The position numbers and the translations under genes are program-made. Positions 39,456 to 39,761 of a DNA stretch of 39,761 nt are shown here, one piece after another (the stretch's first letter is position 1; each line of letters begins with the position of its first letter). Under the pieces are notes generated by a model. The model did not search any database, was not told where the DNA came from, and was given only the letters and a program-made list of their open reading frames with translations. The DNA is from Escherichia phage APC_JM3.2. The stretch lies in the sequence record MG197996.1, one strand, 5' to 3'.

Positions 39456-39761
39456 GCATGAATCTTATGGCTAAGGCCATGAATATAAAGGTTGGCAACC
39501 CATTGAGAAAACTGGTTCTGATTAAACTTGCCGATAACGCCAATGATAATGGCGAATGCTGGCCTTCATATCAACATGTCGCTGACCAATGTGAGGTGAG
39601 CAGATCGACAGTAAAAAGTCACATTAGGGCACTGGAAGAGATGGGGCTTTTGAAAAGGGAATTCAGAAGAAAAGGAGAGCTTAACCAGTCAAACGTTTTT
39701 TATCTGACTCTGGATAATGCACAACAAATCCAACCAGAATCAGGTGGGGCAGGAGCTGCCC
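39451..39761 (+). CDS. Replication initiator, N-terminal winged-HTH domain (ORF runs off window end and stops at position 41 after circularisation)
   Basis: MSMNLMAKAMNIKVGNPLRKLVLIKLADNANDNGECWPSYQHVADQCEVSRSTVKSHIRALEEMGLLKR.. typical phage replication-initiator HTH; GGAGAAG RBS. Confidence 0.8.

Overview
The window is a complete, circularly permuted genome (about 39.74 kb unique; the first 19 nt are repeated at 39743-39761) of a temperate, mosaic P22-like podophage of Enterobacteriaceae. All calls are by eye from the sequence and ORF track; no database search was run. Plus strand: replication genes (HTH initiator at the window end, primase-helicase at 552-2432); a lambda-type nin region with an HNH endonuclease inserted at the ninB 3' end; lambda Q, pR', and S/R/Rz/Rz1 lysis cassette; Rha; P22-type pac-site terminase (gp3/gp2), portal, scaffold, coat, gp4/gp10/gp26 tail proteins, ejection proteins gp14/gp7/gp20/gp16-like, and a tailspike with a conserved head-binding domain and a divergent beta-helix receptor domain; then a UmuD'-like moron, attP-like repeats and a tyrosine integrase. 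Minus strand: excisionase, a long early-left operon of small accessory genes (DUF551, Ead/Ea22-like, Sak4 recombinase with SSB-like partner, an ER/K-rich coiled-coil protein, several acidic small proteins) punctuated by intrinsic terminators, and the cI repressor, followed by cro and lambda-like cII on the plus strand. No rRNA, tRNA, CRISPR array or transposase was seen. Best candidates for undescribed biology: an SOS-box-fronted UmuD'-like gene lacking the catalytic serine (27485-27846); a terminator-insulated cassette of uncharacterised proteins just downstream of the N-position gene (35700-37103); and an (EP)8 hexanucleotide-repeat gene between coat and gp4 (16946-17212).
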